IMG/VR virus record: IMGVR_UViG_3300033489_000014
Coordinates: 1 to 48,530 of that record
Reading direction: 5' to 3' (one strand)
DNA from: a virus
Lineage: Duplodnaviria; Caudoviricetes
Length of the DNA stretch: 48,530 bases
The notes under the pieces: generated by a model
What the model was told of the DNA's origin: nothing
The model's input: only the letters and a program-made list of their open reading frames with translations
Database searches by the model: none
Translations under genes and position numbers: made by a program
Shown here: piece after piece, positions 47,688-48,530 of the stretch
Numbering within the stretch: position 1 is the first letter of the stretch
Layout of the letters: each line of letters opens with the position of its first letter

Positions 47688-48125
47688 TTAACCAACATTG
47701 GTTAATACATGTTCTGTTACGAAAGTCACATTGATTGTAATTGGTTCTGCTTTATCATTAACCAATTCCAAAACAATTGGCAGTCCATATTCTCTCATAG
47801 AATTAGGACCAGCAGCATTATTTGGAGGTAAAAGATCTTCATCCACATAAACAACATGAGCGAGTTCAGTTCCTCCACCTATTGTACCGTTACCTTGGGA
47901 AACTCCTCCATCATGTACAGAACTAAATGGAACCCCTGCCCAAGTACCCCCATAATATACTTCCCAATCTAGATCTCCTGCTGCAGTAGGCTGACCGCCT
48001 GTACTCAATATAATTGATAAACCCCGGATAGGCATACTAGAAGGAGCATCGTAAACTCTTCCCGTATCAGCGCCACCTGAAGCTTCCAAAGTTATTTGCC
48101 GTTTTACTACTTTATACTGTCCCAT
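47688..48125 (-). CDS. hypothetical beta-protein, tandem paralog A
   Basis: LDWEVYYGGTWAGVPF, GTELAH, REYGLPIVL, TFVTE..LTNVG shared with the next gene. Confidence 0.7.
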   Translation of the reverse strand: MGQYKVVKRQITLEASGGADTGRVYDAPSSMPIRGLSIILSTGGQPTAAGDLDWEVYYGGTWAGVPFSSVHDGGVSQGNGTIGGGTELAHVVYVDEDLLPPNNAAGPNSMREYGLPIVLELVNDKAEPITINVTFVTEHVLTNVG

Positions 48126-48138
48126 TTATTTCTCCAGA

Positions 48139-48530
48139 TTAACCAACATTCGTTAAAGAACACTCTGTTACAAATGTTATATTTATTCTATCAATAGTAT
48201 CAAGTTTATTATTTATTAACCTTAAAACAATAGGCAGTCCATATTCTCTAGAAGGGTTTGGATTAAAAACATGATTATAAGGAAAAAGATCATCGTCCAT
48301 ATAAACCCTATGGGCAAGTTCAGTTACCCCAATTAATGTTCCGGAACCTTGCAAAATACCTCCTGTATTAGCAGATTCAAAGGGAACTCCTGCCCAAGTA
48401 CCTCCATAATATACTTCCCAATCTAAATTACCAAAAGCAGGCAACAGCATTCCATAACTACTCAAAGTAATTGAAACACTTCTCATAGGCATACTTGAAC
48501 AAGCATTATAAACTCTTATAGAAGATCCTT
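48139..48530 (-). CDS. hypothetical beta-protein, tandem paralog B (5' end outside the window)
   Basis: frame open to the edge; upstream GSSIRVYNACSSMPMR aligns with TGRVYDAPSSMPIR of paralog A. Confidence 0.7.
   Translation of the reverse strand, partial: GSSIRVYNACSSMPMRSVSITLSSYGMLLPAFGNLDWEVYYGGTWAGVPFESANTGGILQGSGTLIGVTELAHRVYMDDDLFPYNHVFNPNPSREYGLPIVLRLINNKLDTIDRINITFVTECSLTNVG

Noticed and set aside
1-48530. Alternative genetic code, introns/inteins, CRISPR, tRNA, DGR
   Set aside because: Genes are full length in the standard code with all three stops used; intergenic gaps are under about 100 bp; no intein ends, reverse transcriptase, adenine-specific repeat pairs or spaced repeats were seen.

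Overview
An AT-rich (roughly 30% GC by eye), densely coded 48.5 kb segment of a large tailed phage with a contractile (myovirus-type) tail. Every credible gene is on the minus strand. In transcription order (right to left): two paralogous small beta-proteins; a holin/spanin-like membrane cassette; neck and terminator genes; a tail sheath; TWO tail-tube paralogs; a tail assembly chaperone with a -1 frameshift site (A-AAA-AAC); TWO tandem tape-measure-like paralogs, the second ending in an M15 (YcbK/MepK-like) peptidase; baseplate genes; and a 1529-aa beta-helix tail fibre/spike. At ~15.6 kb a sigma70-like promoter, apparently leaderless, starts a replication/nucleotide block: a 5'-3' exonuclease fused to a family-4-type uracil-DNA glycosylase, DUF3310, ThyX, SNF2 helicase, Nudix hydrolase, DnaC-like loader, DnaB-like helicase and primase flanked by two paralogous DNA methyltransferases, a sigma-factor-like protein and a probable beta-type sliding clamp. 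Best leads: the doubled tape-measure/tube system, the exonuclease-UDG fusion within a possible uracil-control module, a 34-aa zinc micro-peptide that duplicates another protein's C-terminus under purifying selection, nested domain insertions in structural proteins, and a spanin-like pair lacking a lipoprotein. No tRNA, rRNA, CRISPR array, integrase or transposase was seen. All calls come from reading motifs by eye; no searches were run.
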